A DNA stretch of 64,000 nucleotides from the NCBI GenBank assembly GCA_021781215.1, contig JAJXXC010000006.1, positions 11,029 to 75,028 of the forward strand. The letters run 5' to 3'. The stretch is from a bacterium. Its GTDB lineage: Bacteria; Patescibacteriota; Saccharimonadia; Saccharimonadales; DATKHC01. Position numbers and translations under genes: made by a program. Shown piece after piece: positions 29,781 through 40,793 of the stretch (its first letter is position 1; each line of letters starts with the position of its first letter). Below the pieces are notes generated by a model that was not told where the DNA came from, made no database searches, and saw only the letters and a program-made list of their open reading frames with translations.

Positions 29781-30440
29781 ATGCAAACAGACAACAAACA
29801 CCTTCACGCAACTCAGGATAGCCCAGTCGTTAGACACGCACCGAGTCGCGGTGAGAAGGACAAACGTACAAAAATAGTTGATTCAAGTTTTGAATGGGGA
29901 ACAGCCATAATTAAAGCCATAGTCGCAATCGTAGTTTTTACTCTGACATTAATCTATGTCATTACGCCTATTTCGGTCAGCGGAATATCTATGGAGCCAA
30001 CGCTGCATACTGGAAATATAATGCTGGTATATAAATGGCCACAAACTTGGGCTCGACTAACCGGTACTCAATATATTCCAGCTCGCACTAACATTATTAT
30101 TATTGCCAAGAATTCGGTTTCGGGTGAGCAGCTAATTAAAAGAGTTATTGCATTGCCAAGAGAACGAGTAAATATTGCCAATAATAATCTAACGGTCTAT
30201 AGCCAAAATAATCCGCAGGGTATTAATCCGGATAATGCTCCGTGTTGTAAGAATTTATTAGAACCGACCGGTACTTTTTCAACCATTGTTCCTAATGGTC
30301 AAATATTTGCCATGGGAGACAATCGTAACCCTGGCGCTTCTATCGATTCTCGCTCTAGTATTGGTAATATTGAGTCTAGCCAAATAGTGGGTAGAGTCGT
30401 AATGAGAATCTATCCATTCAATCAAATAAAGATTTTTTAA
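29781..30440 (+). CDS. lepB: signal peptidase I
   Basis: SGISMEPTL, LIKRVIALP, MGDNR...SIDSR. Confidence 0.92.
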   Translation: MQTDNKHLHATQDSPVVRHAPSRGEKDKRTKIVDSSFEWGTAIIKAIVAIVVFTLTLIYVITPISVSGISMEPTLHTGNIMLVYKWPQTWARLTGTQYIPARTNIIIIAKNSVSGEQLIKRVIALPRERVNIANNNLTVYSQNNPQGINPDNAPCCKNLLEPTGTFSTIVPNGQIFAMGDNRNPGASIDSRSSIGNIESSQIVGRVVMRIYPFNQIKIF

Positions 30441-30444
30441 AAGA

Positions 30445-31392
30445 CTATAAGCTAGTAAAAATATCGTCGGAATTATTAGCTTCGGGTTTGGTTGGAGCCT
30501 CATAAGTGTGCAGACCGTGTAGTTTATAAGCCTTGCGTCGTTTAAACATGAGCCTAATTAAACCGAGTATAGCTATTAAGATTATAGTTGATATTCCCAG
30601 CACGATGAAAACAGCAGCCGAACCACTATTTCTATAGATCAGACTCTTTAAAAACAAGGCTCCAGTTAAATCTATGCCCATATTAACAGTTTGATTAACG
30701 AATATCTGTTGGCCATTGTCTAGTAGGATTTGTATTTGAACACTATGGCTCCCACCATCCAAGTAGTTCCTGTTAAAGGGATTGAGTTCGCTGCTGCTGT
30801 ATAGGGCGCTTTTTTGGTTATCGGCATAATAACTAACCGACTTAATACCAACTCCGTTAATTGGCTTAACGGCATGAACTGCGATTTGATCAGTGGCGCC
30901 AGATAATATATTTGAATCGTCCAGCTGCAATATACCGCTAAGCCCCCCAAAAGATACGGCGCAGGCGTTAGTAGGTATGCATTGACTGTTGGGTACGATA
31001 AGTAGGGCTACTGCAGCTTGATAGGGGGCGGCATTGACTCCGATCCCCTGAATAATAATATCGTTACTGAGTTTGGATATTTTACCAATGTAAGTCCAGG
31101 TATTGGAATTTGCTGACACATGGCCAATGTACTCACATTGATTAGACAGAGGATTATTTAAATATAGGCTGAGATCTATGGGATTGGATTTATAATTTAG
31201 CTTTAAATAAGCATTGCCTAGGGGAACGTTGGAGTTGGTAATATCCTCAAGTGTCGATAAATTTTGATTAGTGTTACCGCAGAATGTTGAATTAATCGAC
31301 TGGTTAGCGGCGTAAGAAATTTTTGGTAAAAACAATACTGTAAAAAAAGCCATAAAGACTATTGGCAATAATCTATGGTTATTTATTTTCAT
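30445..31392 (-). CDS. hypothetical secreted/membrane-anchored protein
   Basis: Signal peptide and C-terminal TM helix. Confidence 0.65.
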   Translation of the reverse strand: MKINNHRLLPIVFMAFFTVLFLPKISYAANQSINSTFCGNTNQNLSTLEDITNSNVPLGNAYLKLNYKSNPIDLSLYLNNPLSNQCEYIGHVSANSNTWTYIGKISKLSNDIIIQGIGVNAAPYQAAVALLIVPNSQCIPTNACAVSFGGLSGILQLDDSNILSGATDQIAVHAVKPINGVGIKSVSYYADNQKSALYSSSELNPFNRNYLDGGSHSVQIQILLDNGQQIFVNQTVNMGIDLTGALFLKSLIYRNSGSAAVFIVLGISTIILIAILGLIRLMFKRRKAYKLHGLHTYEAPTKPEANNSDDIFTSL

Positions 31393-31505
31393 AAGCTTTA
31401 TTGTAATTGTTTTGAAATTAATAATGAAATAGATAGAACGAAACTTTAATATTTGATAGAATAGTAGTTTAAAGCGTATATATAAAATTTAAAGTAAGGT
31501 GCTAG

Positions 31506-32969
31506 ATGGCTAGAACTAAAACAAAACCAACTCATAAAAACTTAATTTTAACCATTGTTGCATTGGCTCAGTTTATGGTTGTGTTAGATGTATCGATAGT
31601 TAACGTCGCGCTCCCTGCAATTTATGGAACGCTCCATTTTACTTCAACCAGTAATCTACAGTGGATAGTCACAGCATATACATTAGCATTTGGTGGTTTT
31701 TTGTTACTTGGTGGTAGGGCTGCAGACTTATTCGGTCGGAAAAAAGTTTTTATTAGTGGAGTTATAGTATTTTCAATTACTTCATTGCTGACCGGCTTGT
31801 CAGTTAATTCTAACATGATAGAAATCACTAGGGCTCTACAAGGATTAGCCGCTGCCTTTATGTCACCGGCAGCTCTATCAATCGTGATTACTAATTTCAA
31901 AGAAGGTCATGAACGTAATATAGCCCTGAGTATATGGGGTGGTATTGCCGCAGGTGGTGCCGCAGCAGGTGTTTTGATTGGGGGTATATTAACTCAGTAT
32001 TTAAGCTGGAGATGGAATTTTTTTATTAATGTTCCAGTAGGTATTTTGGTCGCTCTTGCAGCCGCTTATTATATCGAAGAAAGTGATGCCGGTTTGGATC
32101 ATAAACACTTGGACTTAAAAGGTGCTTTAATGGTTACCTTGGGATTAATGACTTTGGTTTATGGTTTTACTAAGGCACCGTCATTGGGTTGGTCTAGCCA
32201 TCAGGTCATAGGGGTATTTGCTGCCAGCGTTATATTACTCATTGGCTTTGTAATTAATGAGTCTAGAGTCGAGCATCCGTTGGTTCCGTTTAGTGTGTTT
32301 AGAATTAGTAACATTGCAGCGGCTAACTTAACTCAATTACCGGTAACGGCATCACTATTTTCAATGTTCTTCTTTATATCGCTCTACGTTCAACAGGTAT
32401 TACATTATTCACCAGTTAAAACCGGCCTTGGATTTATACCTGTTACTATCGTTATTGGCGTTATGGCCTCCCAGATGTCTAAGGTTATAGCCAAGATAGG
32501 CTATAAGAGGCTATTAATGATTGCTCCATTATTTATGGCTACTGGACTTTACTGGTTATCAAAAATCAGAGCTAATGGTACTTATTTTCATGATGTCTTT
32601 CCGGGGTTGGTGATAATTGCGATTGGTCTTGGTATCGTCTTCGTATCAATTACAGTTGCAGCGACTACAGGTGTACCAAAAGACAAGGCAGGATTAGCCT
32701 CCGGTTTGCTAAATACTTCACAGCAAATTGGTGGAGCTATTGGATTAGCTATCCTATCAGGAGTCTCAGCCGGCAGTATTACTAGTTATATGAAACATCA
32801 TGTTAACGGCGCAAATTTAATAGCTAAGGCTCAGGTCTATGGTTCAAAGTATGCATTTTTAACTGGAGTTGGTTTTGCAATCATAGCCTTTTTGTTAGCA
32901 ACTTTTTTAATTAGAGAAGACCGATCTAAGCCAATAATTATTGATCCATCCTCAGTGGCAGGTGTCTGA
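31506..32969 (+). CDS. DHA2 (EmrB/QacA) MFS efflux transporter
   Basis: LDVSIVNVALP, GGRAADLFGRKK, WRWNFFINVPVG. Confidence 0.93.
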   Translation: MARTKTKPTHKNLILTIVALAQFMVVLDVSIVNVALPAIYGTLHFTSTSNLQWIVTAYTLAFGGFLLLGGRAADLFGRKKVFISGVIVFSITSLLTGLSVNSNMIEITRALQGLAAAFMSPAALSIVITNFKEGHERNIALSIWGGIAAGGAAAGVLIGGILTQYLSWRWNFFINVPVGILVALAAAYYIEESDAGLDHKHLDLKGALMVTLGLMTLVYGFTKAPSLGWSSHQVIGVFAASVILLIGFVINESRVEHPLVPFSVFRISNIAAANLTQLPVTASLFSMFFFISLYVQQVLHYSPVKTGLGFIPVTIVIGVMASQMSKVIAKIGYKRLLMIAPLFMATGLYWLSKIRANGTYFHDVFPGLVIIAIGLGIVFVSITVAATTGVPKDKAGLASGLLNTSQQIGGAIGLAILSGVSAGSITSYMKHHVNGANLIAKAQVYGSKYAFLTGVGFAIIAFLLATFLIREDRSKPIIIDPSSVAGV

Positions 32970-33050
32970 GAGTAAGTATTATTCATATTTTTTATCTAAT
33001 TTTTTGCTAAACTAGATTTAGAATAATTATTTTCTAGGGGGTGGTACAGG

Positions 33051-34346
33051 ATGGCATTTACCAAGCAGACTATTAAGGACTATGATCTAACTGGCAAGAG
33101 GATTTTAATTCGTACTGACTATAATGTTCCTTTGGATAAAGCGGGTGATGTAGCTGATGATTATCGAATACGTAAATCATTACCAACAATTGAATATCTC
33201 TTAAGTAAAAATTGTTCAATCATTATCTGTTCTCATCTAGGCCGACCCGATGGTAGAGTAGTTCCCGGTCTTAGCTTAAAGTCAGTGGCAAAAAGACTGT
33301 CAGACTTAATTAAAAAACCCGTAGAATTTGTAAATGAATCAATCGGCGAAGATGTCAGGATTGCTAGTGCAAGACTAAAACCTGGACAGATTTTAATGCT
33401 GGAAAATTTAAGGTTTCATAGGCAAGAAGAAGCAAATGATCCAATTTTTTCTAAACAATTAGCATCAATTGCTAATGTCTTTGTCCAGGATGGGTTTGGT
33501 GTAGTACATCGTAGTCATGCATCAACAGTTGGCGTTACTAAATTTTTACCAGCCGTCGCGGGTTTGTTAGTTTATGATGAAGTGAATATCTTAACCGAAT
33601 CAATGCTGAACCCTTCTCGTCCACTAGTAGCTATTATTGGTGGCGCTAAGATAAAAGATAAAATAGATATTTTAAAGAGATTCATAGATATTGCTGATGT
33701 TTTAGTTGTCGGTGGTGCCATGGCTAACACCTTTATCATGGCTAAGGGAATTGATATTGGTGAGTCATTAGTCGATAAAAACGAGCTGCCTTTAGCTAAC
33801 GATATTATTGATTTAGCTATTTCGAAAGCAAAAACCCAAAAGTTTACTTTCTATATTCCTCAAGATGGTGTGGTGTCGGATGATTTGGCTAACCCCACCT
33901 ACACTCGAATAGTCGATTGGGATTCCCATATTGTTGCTGATATCGAAGCCTATCCAAAACAACCAAAAATATACAGTTATGAAATCAAAAAGCATGAAAA
34001 AATTCTAGACATTGGCCCATTTTCCGGAGCTTTTATTGCTGGAGCTATTCAGTTAGCTAATACCGTGCTATGGAATGGTCCCCTAGGTGTCACTGAGACC
34101 AAGGCGATGATTGGGCCAATTGGTCCATTTTCACACGGTACCGAGTTAGTAATTGAAGCCCTGCTGGGACAGTATGGCACTAAGCCCTATAGCGTTATCG
34201 GTGGTGGTGATACTGTTGGATATATCGAAGGTCTTAAGCTGGAGGATGCATTTAATCATGTATCAACTGGTGGTGGGGCGAGCCTTGATCTATTAAGTGG
34301 CAGGAAACTTCCTGGAGTCGAAGCTCTTTTAAAAGTTGATCATTAG
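33051..34346 (+). CDS. pgk: phosphoglycerate kinase
   Basis: RTDYNVP, SHLGRP, LENLRF, GGGDT, STGGGASL. Confidence 0.97.
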   Translation: MAFTKQTIKDYDLTGKRILIRTDYNVPLDKAGDVADDYRIRKSLPTIEYLLSKNCSIIICSHLGRPDGRVVPGLSLKSVAKRLSDLIKKPVEFVNESIGEDVRIASARLKPGQILMLENLRFHRQEEANDPIFSKQLASIANVFVQDGFGVVHRSHASTVGVTKFLPAVAGLLVYDEVNILTESMLNPSRPLVAIIGGAKIKDKIDILKRFIDIADVLVVGGAMANTFIMAKGIDIGESLVDKNELPLANDIIDLAISKAKTQKFTFYIPQDGVVSDDLANPTYTRIVDWDSHIVADIEAYPKQPKIYSYEIKKHEKILDIGPFSGAFIAGAIQLANTVLWNGPLGVTETKAMIGPIGPFSHGTELVIEALLGQYGTKPYSVIGGGDTVGYIEGLKLEDAFNHVSTGGGASLDLLSGRKLPGVEALLKVDH

Positions 34347-34370
34347 AGTGATATAATACTGCTTAAGCTT

Positions 34371-35144
34371 ATGAGTAAAAAAATAGTTATTGCTAATTGG
34401 AAAATGCATCTGAATGCCAGCCAGGCCAGTTTATTACTACACCGTTTACAGGAAAGAATTAGAATCCATCGAGAAGTAGAAGTTGTAATAGCTCCTAGCA
34501 TGTTAGTTCTTCAACCACTTAGTGTTCAGATAGATAGACGAAAATTTAGATTAGCCGCTCAAAATGCTTATCACCAAGATAAGGGAGCCTTTACCGGCGA
34601 AGTTAGTTTTACTATGCTTCAAGACTTAGCTCACTATGTAATTATTGGCCATTCGGAGAGAAGGATATACTTTAACGAAAATTTGGACATAGTATCCAAA
34701 AAGGTCTCGGCTTGTGTGCGCAATGGTATCACGCCAATATTGTGCGTGGGTGAGACTAAGCAGGAAAGAAAGCTGGGCGAAGCTAAGCGAGTAATCCACG
34801 ATCAAATCTACACAGCCTTAAGTGGACTAACTACTAGTGAAGTCTCGAATATGATTATTGCTTATGAGCCGGTATGGGCAATTTCAACATTTGGCGGAGA
34901 AGTTGCGACCCCTGCGCAAGTCGGCCGAGTTTTGGAATTTATCAGAATGCAGGTAGAAGAACTTTATGGCAAGCAGGCTGCCAAGAAGATCCGAATTATT
35001 TATGGTGGCAGTGTTGATGACAAAACTGTTGGTGGTTTCTTGCAAATAGAACAGTGCGACGGAGTCTTAGTCGGTAATGCTAGTCTAAATTACATTAAAT
35101 TTGCGGGCATTGTAGATGAGGCCTATAGGCAAAGCCTAGTATAG
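34371..35144 (+). CDS. tpiA: triosephosphate isomerase
   Basis: ANWKM, GHSERR, AYEPVWAI, YGGSV. Confidence 0.97.
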   Translation: MSKKIVIANWKMHLNASQASLLLHRLQERIRIHREVEVVIAPSMLVLQPLSVQIDRRKFRLAAQNAYHQDKGAFTGEVSFTMLQDLAHYVIIGHSERRIYFNENLDIVSKKVSACVRNGITPILCVGETKQERKLGEAKRVIHDQIYTALSGLTTSEVSNMIIAYEPVWAISTFGGEVATPAQVGRVLEFIRMQVEELYGKQAAKKIRIIYGGSVDDKTVGGFLQIEQCDGVLVGNASLNYIKFAGIVDEAYRQSLV

Positions 35145-35205
35145 ATAAAAACACTACATTTTAAGGTCGTGATTCAGACCGAAAGCTTGGTAAAATATAA
35201 ACTAC

Positions 35206-37362
35206 GTGGACGATTTTTTAATTGGATTAAATGAAGAACAGCAAAGGGCAGCTCAAACACTTGACGGGCCTTTATTAATTTTGGCTGGAGCTGGTTCGGG
35301 TAAGACTAAAACCTTGACTCATCGAATGGCTTACCTCATTTCATCGGGCAAGGCAAATCATGCCAATATCCTAGCCGTGACCTTTACCAATAAGGCAGCC
35401 AAAGAGATGCGAGTTAGGCTTAGCCACTTACTCGGTAGAAGTGAAAATGATCGAACGTTCATGCCGTATCTTGGAACTTTCCATAGTATTTGTGTTAGGT
35501 TACTTCGACAAGACGGTGAAGCAGTCGGGATTTCTAAGAATTTCATTATATTTGATGACAGTGATCAGCAAAGTGCCATCAAGCAAGCCATTAAGCAACT
35601 CAGAATTGACGACAAGGCTATTACGCCCAGGGCTGTATCGTCAATTATTAGTAATAATAAAAATGATCTGATTAACCCAAATCAATTCGCTAATTTAGCT
35701 AGTGGTTTGGTCCAAAAAGCAGCCGCACAAATCTATCCAATTTATGAAAGAATCCTAAGGGATGCTAATGCTCTAGATTTTGATGATCTTATCTCGAAAA
35801 CCGTGGAACTTTTAGCTAATCACTCCGAGATTAGAGATAAGTGGTCTAACCAATTTAAATACATCATGATTGACGAGTATCAAGACACAAACATAGCCCA
35901 GTACAGATTAGTCAAGCTACTAACTAATACTAATAAAAACGTTGCCGTAGTTGGTGACGATTGGCAAAGTATTTACTCTTGGAGGGGTGCTGATTTTAAG
36001 AATATTTTAAATTTTGAGAAGGATTTTAAAGACGTATCGATCATTAAATTAGAACAAAATTATCGGAGCACTGAAGCCATCTTAGATGCCGCTCATGCAG
36101 TGATTGAGAAAAACACCCAACGCTCTACTAAGCGATTATGGACTGCAGAAAAGGGTGGTAAACCGGTGCATGTTCTCCAATTAATTAATGAAAGAGCAGA
36201 AGCTGAGACTGTAGTTAATCGGATTCAAACAGCTGTTGACGCCAAAATCTGGAGCTATCAGGACTATGCGGTTCTCTATCGAACCAATGCTCAGAGCCGA
36301 GCTATTGAAGATGTATTCGTCCGCTACGGTATTCCATATCGAATAGTCGGTGGTCCACGTTTCTATGACCGAAAGGAAATCAAGGACGTGATGGCGTATC
36401 TAAGATTAGTTTTTCAGTCTGAAGATAAAATAAGTTTTGATCGAGTAGTAAATGTTCCGGCGCGGAGTATAGGCTCTAAGTCTTTGCAGGATTTTTATAG
36501 TTGGGCAGCTGTAAACGACTATTCCTTAAATCATGCCCTGTCTGTGGTTCAAGAGCATCCAACCCTAAAACCAAGAGCCAAACAAGGATTTAGTGATTTT
36601 TATGATATCTTAGCTACCACTAGAGAACTTGTTGATAGCGTGCCTCTGTCAAATCTATTGGATGGTCTAATCAGAAGGCTTGATTATATAAACTACCTAA
36701 GTGATGGCACAATTCAGGGTGATTCTAGGGCCGAGAACGTTAAGGAACTGTTGAGTGTGACTAAAGATTATCAGGATCTAGGGTTAGATGGATTTCTAGA
36801 AGAGGTAGCGCTGGTTAGTGATATAGATAATCGAGATGTTACTAATAATGCCGTGACGCTGATGACTCTTCATGCTGCTAAGGGTTTGGAATTTCCGATT
36901 GTATTTATGGTAGGCATGGAAGAAAGTCTATTTCCCCATAGCAGAGCACTCTATAGTCAAGCAGAAATGGAGGAAGAAAGACGGCTGTGCTACGTTGGTA
37001 TGACCAGGGCCAAGCGAGAGCTTTACTTAACCTACGCAACTAGTAGATTGCTCTACGGTGGTCAACAACATAATATTCCATCTAGATTCTTGAGTGATAT
37101 TAATGCGGTTGCTGAGACTGACAATGTTTCCAATGCACAATTATGGCAGACTTCACTTGAGCAAAAAACCCAAAAATCAATCGATAATATTGAGCCAGTC
37201 TATTTACCAGAATTATTTGAGGGCGATATTATTAGACACAAAATTTTTGGTGAAGGTAGAGTTGTTGAGGTTGAAGGGGACAATCTAGTAATCTATTTTA
37301 AGAGTCGTGGATCTAAGAAGATTAATATTAATTTCGCCCCGATCGAGAAAATAAATGAATAG
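35206..37362 (+). CDS. pcrA: ATP-dependent DNA helicase PcrA/UvrD
   Basis: AGAGSGKT, DEYQDTN, LEQNYRS, HAAKGLEFP, EEERRLCYVGMTRA. Confidence 0.96.
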   Translation: MDDFLIGLNEEQQRAAQTLDGPLLILAGAGSGKTKTLTHRMAYLISSGKANHANILAVTFTNKAAKEMRVRLSHLLGRSENDRTFMPYLGTFHSICVRLLRQDGEAVGISKNFIIFDDSDQQSAIKQAIKQLRIDDKAITPRAVSSIISNNKNDLINPNQFANLASGLVQKAAAQIYPIYERILRDANALDFDDLISKTVELLANHSEIRDKWSNQFKYIMIDEYQDTNIAQYRLVKLLTNTNKNVAVVGDDWQSIYSWRGADFKNILNFEKDFKDVSIIKLEQNYRSTEAILDAAHAVIEKNTQRSTKRLWTAEKGGKPVHVLQLINERAEAETVVNRIQTAVDAKIWSYQDYAVLYRTNAQSRAIEDVFVRYGIPYRIVGGPRFYDRKEIKDVMAYLRLVFQSEDKISFDRVVNVPARSIGSKSLQDFYSWAAVNDYSLNHALSVVQEHPTLKPRAKQGFSDFYDILATTRELVDSVPLSNLLDGLIRRLDYINYLSDGTIQGDSRAENVKELLSVTKDYQDLGLDGFLEEVALVSDIDNRDVTNNAVTLMTLHAAKGLEFPIVFMVGMEESLFPHSRALYSQAEMEEERRLCYVGMTRAKRELYLTYATSRLLYGGQQHNIPSRFLSDINAVAETDNVSNAQLWQTSLEQKTQKSIDNIEPVYLPELFEGDIIRHKIFGEGRVVEVEGDNLVIYFKSRGSKKININFAPIEKINE

Positions 37363-37837
37363 CCCTTCGCGTTTTATCGGTAATATTCTTTTCTGGTTAG
37401 CCTGGCCATTGTTGTTTATATACTTAAGGGATTCTAGAAGAAGTCGAGTTATTATTAGCGACGGCAAACAAATCCTAATTGTTAAAAATTGGTTAGGGCC
37501 TAATCGATACACTCTACCGGGAGGTGGGCTTAAAAAAAATGAAGAGCCCACCGATGGAACAACTAGAGAAGTTGAAGAAGAAACAGGAGTCATTACGCAT
37601 CCAAATAGCCTTAGCTTAATAAAGCCGGAGTATACTGTAGTCGAATACGGGCATAAGTATAAATTCATTGGTTATTTATTGAAGGTTGATAAACTCCCTA
37701 AAATTTCTAGACAAAAATTCGAAATCGCTGAGATTAAATGGGTTAGAATCGAAGATGTTTTAGCTAAATATAAGCTGACTGCTGCCACTAAAGAGCTGAT
37801 TGAAACTTGGTTAGAAATCAACCATTTGGTAGACTAG
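37355..37837 (+). CDS. NUDIX hydrolase
   Basis: PGGG...E....GTTREVEEETG Nudix box. Confidence 0.88.
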   Translation: MNSPSRFIGNILFWLAWPLLFIYLRDSRRSRVIISDGKQILIVKNWLGPNRYTLPGGGLKKNEEPTDGTTREVEEETGVITHPNSLSLIKPEYTVVEYGHKYKFIGYLLKVDKLPKISRQKFEIAEIKWVRIEDVLAKYKLTAATKELIETWLEINHLVD

Positions 37838-37883
37838 AAGCTAGCCTACCTAATGAATTATTTACATTTAGGCTTAAACGAAT

Positions 37884-39119
37884 ATGAAGCATAAATCCAA
37901 AAAAATCTACGCTAAAGCCATTGCTGGATTTTCTATCATAAAGCGACGAGACTATCGGCACCCAGTATTCATCCCGCTGGTCGGTGGAATTATTTTATTT
38001 TTCTTGGGATTGGTGACGTTTATTTACTTTAATGGAACAACGGTTAATACAAGTAGCTCTAGGGTTGTAGAGGTTTATAACAATGGCAGACTAGAGATAA
38101 TTCCTACAACAGCTACGACAGTTGGTGACTTAATGAGACGCTTGAACATTACTCTTAATCCCGGTGATATTGTTGACCCAAGTGAAAATACACCGATATT
38201 AAATAATGGCTTTAGGGTTAATATCTATCGAGTTCATCCAGTTACAATTATTGAAAATGGACAAAGTAAGGTCGTACTTACAGCGGACGTTAATCCAAGA
38301 GTTATCGCCAAAGCAGCGGGTTATACAATATATCCGCAAGATTATGTCAACGATGTTACTAGCCCGGCAGAATTAGGTAAAAATATTATAGGACAAGTGA
38401 TTTCAATAGTTCCGGCTACTCAGATCAATCTATCTCTTTATGGTACAAAAGTTAGCCTAAGGACCCATGCTAAAACCGTAGCTGATTTATTGAGTCAAAA
38501 TAAGATTAAGACAACTGCAAGTGGCGCCAATGTATTGCCGGCCCTTAATACCCCCGTAACCTTGGGTATGCAGGTCCTAGTAGTACCAGTTGATCAGCAG
38601 CTAGTGTCTCAACAGCAGCCAATCGCATTTACTACCCAGTATACTGATAACCCAGATTTACCTTATGACACCACTAAGGTTTATCAGGCCGGTGTCAACG
38701 GCCTAGAATTAGTTGTCGAGCAAGTGTCAACAAAGAACGGTGGTGTCATTAACACTCCTATTCAAACAGTAGTTATTAATCAACCCATAGCTCAATTAGT
38801 ATATAGAGGTACCGGCATCTCGTCGGTTAATGGCGGCAATAATATAACCTGGCTTAGGAGCTCTAATATTAATAGTTCTGACTATACTTACGTTAACTAT
38901 ATTGTTAATCATGAGTCTCATTGGAACCCAGGCGATGTAAATTATAGAGGCTGTATAGGTCTGGGCCAATTCTGTAATCCATTAAATCTAACCACAGCTT
39001 GCCCTAACTGGCAGATTGATGCTGTATGTCAGCTCAACACGTTTAATAATTATGCCGTAAGAAGATATGGCTCCTGGGCTGCAGCTGCCAGTTTCTGGGC
39101 ATCTCATGGGTGGTGGTAG
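37884..39119 (+). CDS. G5/DUF348 cell-wall protein with a C-terminal lytic-transglycosylase-like domain (RpfB/YabE-like)
   Basis: TTATTVGDL-type DUF348 repeats, G5 (QAGVNG...YRGT), HESHWNP...GLGQ...RYGSW; synteny with rsmA. Confidence 0.8.
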   Translation: MKHKSKKIYAKAIAGFSIIKRRDYRHPVFIPLVGGIILFFLGLVTFIYFNGTTVNTSSSRVVEVYNNGRLEIIPTTATTVGDLMRRLNITLNPGDIVDPSENTPILNNGFRVNIYRVHPVTIIENGQSKVVLTADVNPRVIAKAAGYTIYPQDYVNDVTSPAELGKNIIGQVISIVPATQINLSLYGTKVSLRTHAKTVADLLSQNKIKTTASGANVLPALNTPVTLGMQVLVVPVDQQLVSQQQPIAFTTQYTDNPDLPYDTTKVYQAGVNGLELVVEQVSTKNGGVINTPIQTVVINQPIAQLVYRGTGISSVNGGNNITWLRSSNINSSDYTYVNYIVNHESHWNPGDVNYRGCIGLGQFCNPLNLTTACPNWQIDAVCQLNTFNNYAVRRYGSWAAAASFWASHGWW

Positions 39120-39122
39120 ATT

Positions 39123-39914
39123 ATGAATAATAGTCCCAAAAAGTCACTTGGACAGCACTGGTTAAATGATCAACAGACACTCAATAATATCGCTAGCTAT
39201 GCTGACATTAGTAAACAAGATTATGTCCTAGAAATAGGCCCTGGACTTGGTAATTTAACTTCTTTGATTTCAGACCAGGCGGGGAGCGTTCTGGCCGTTG
39301 AAATAGATCAGGACCTGTTTAATAATTTAAAGACCGCCAACAAAGAATCCAACACAGAATTTGTTAATCAGGATATTTTAAAATTTGATCTGACAAAGCT
39401 ACCTAAGAACTATAAATTGGTGGCTAATATCCCATATTACCTAACTTCGCACCTAATTAGATTATTGGTTGAGTCAACCAATCCTCCGATCAAAGTGGTC
39501 TTATTAATTCAGAAAGAAGTTGCCGAGAGAATTGCCGCTGGCCCTGGCTCTATGTCTACCTTGTCGGTTGTAGCTCAACAGTATTATCGGGTAGATAAAA
39601 AAGATATTGTTCCAGCAAAACTATTCACTCCACCACCAAAGATAGATTCGCAGGTTATCGTCTTGACTAGAAGGCCTAGTCCGGTCATCGTGACCAATAA
39701 TGATAAGGCTTTGTTTAGGTTGGTTAGGGTAGGATTTTCGGCTAGAAGAAAGACTCTTGAAAACTCATTAAGTAACGGGCTTAGACAAGATAAACAGAAG
39801 ATTAGAGAACTAATTGCCGAATCGTTATTAGATGCTAGTATTCGTCCACAAATGCTATCACTTGAAGACTGGGCCAGGCTATTTAAAGTATTCGAGGCGC
39901 ATGGTCTGATTTGA
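39123..39914 (+). CDS. rsmA: 16S rRNA adenine dimethyltransferase
   Basis: PKKSLGQHWL, EIGPGLG, ANIPYY, QKEVAER. Confidence 0.96.
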   Translation: MNNSPKKSLGQHWLNDQQTLNNIASYADISKQDYVLEIGPGLGNLTSLISDQAGSVLAVEIDQDLFNNLKTANKESNTEFVNQDILKFDLTKLPKNYKLVANIPYYLTSHLIRLLVESTNPPIKVVLLIQKEVAERIAAGPGSMSTLSVVAQQYYRVDKKDIVPAKLFTPPPKIDSQVIVLTRRPSPVIVTNNDKALFRLVRVGFSARRKTLENSLSNGLRQDKQKIRELIAESLLDASIRPQMLSLEDWARLFKVFEAHGLI

Positions 39915-39938
39915 GTCCCCTACCCCAGCCATATGATA

Positions 39939-39956
39939 TACTTAACATGTTAAGTA
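39939..39956. promoter_or_regulatory. palindromic operator upstream of the MarR gene
   Basis: Perfect 18-bp palindrome TACTTAACATGTTAAGTA. Confidence 0.7.
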
Positions 39957-39978
39957 ATAATTTATTTAAAAAAATTTT

Positions 39979-40422
39979 ATGTTTCAATCACCAGAAAATA
40001 TAGATATAATATTAGAACATATTACTTCCCTGATGACAAGTAAATATGATCAGCTTTTATTGGAGCAGTTAGGGGTAGGCTATGCTCAATATAAAATATT
40101 GGTGCAATTTGAAGAAAGCCATATAAACCGGCAGAACATTATAGCTAAAAATCTTGGTCAAACTGAAGCCAGCATTACCAGACAAATTAAAATACTTAGC
40201 CGCAAGGGTTTGATCACTAGAGGGGTGGATCCTAATAGCAAAAAGACCAGAATAGTGACTCTTACTTTTTTAGGTAGAAGAATTCAGCAGGCCGCGAGAG
40301 ACATTGTTAATAAACAAAACCATGACCTTCTTATCGACTTAGACGACAAAGACAAGACTAGATTATTATCTGATTTAAACAAGCTGCATGATCAGCTTTG
40401 TTTAAAAAATAGTCACTCATAA
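39979..40422 (+). CDS. MarR family regulator
   Basis: IAKNLGQTEASITRQIKILSRKGLITR...LTFLGRR winged HTH. Confidence 0.85.
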   Translation: MFQSPENIDIILEHITSLMTSKYDQLLLEQLGVGYAQYKILVQFEESHINRQNIIAKNLGQTEASITRQIKILSRKGLITRGVDPNSKKTRIVTLTFLGRRIQQAARDIVNKQNHDLLIDLDDKDKTRLLSDLNKLHDQLCLKNSHS

Positions 40423-40455
40423 ACCAAAGTACGCGAGTTTCCTATTCTTAACTAT

Positions 40456-40698
40456 CTATAAGGATATTTTTATCTGAGGTTTTGGTCTATCGTTTAAGAT
40501 ATTTGAAGCAGCAAGATATGATGCTTGAGCCAGATTAGAATCTACATCATTGGAAAATATTAAACCAGGATATCTATTTGCCGTTTGATCACTTTTAGCT
40601 AACTCCACTTTATCAAAGAGTATCGGTGTAGTATTTTGGTCAATCCCTTCTAGCGATAATATATCTACCATATGGCCAATTTTTTTGCTTCTTTCCAT
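40456..40698 (-). CDS. hypothetical protein
   Basis: 80-aa ORF. Confidence 0.45.
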   Translation of the reverse strand: MERSKKIGHMVDILSLEGIDQNTTPILFDKVELAKSDQTANRYPGLIFSNDVDSNLAQASYLAASNILNDRPKPQIKISL

Positions 40699-40793
40699 TT
40701 AGATATATTATCACAAGAATGACATCTTGTCAATGGATACAGGAGTTGGTGTTATGGACAATATGGGAAAATAGTGTATAATTAGCTATACAT

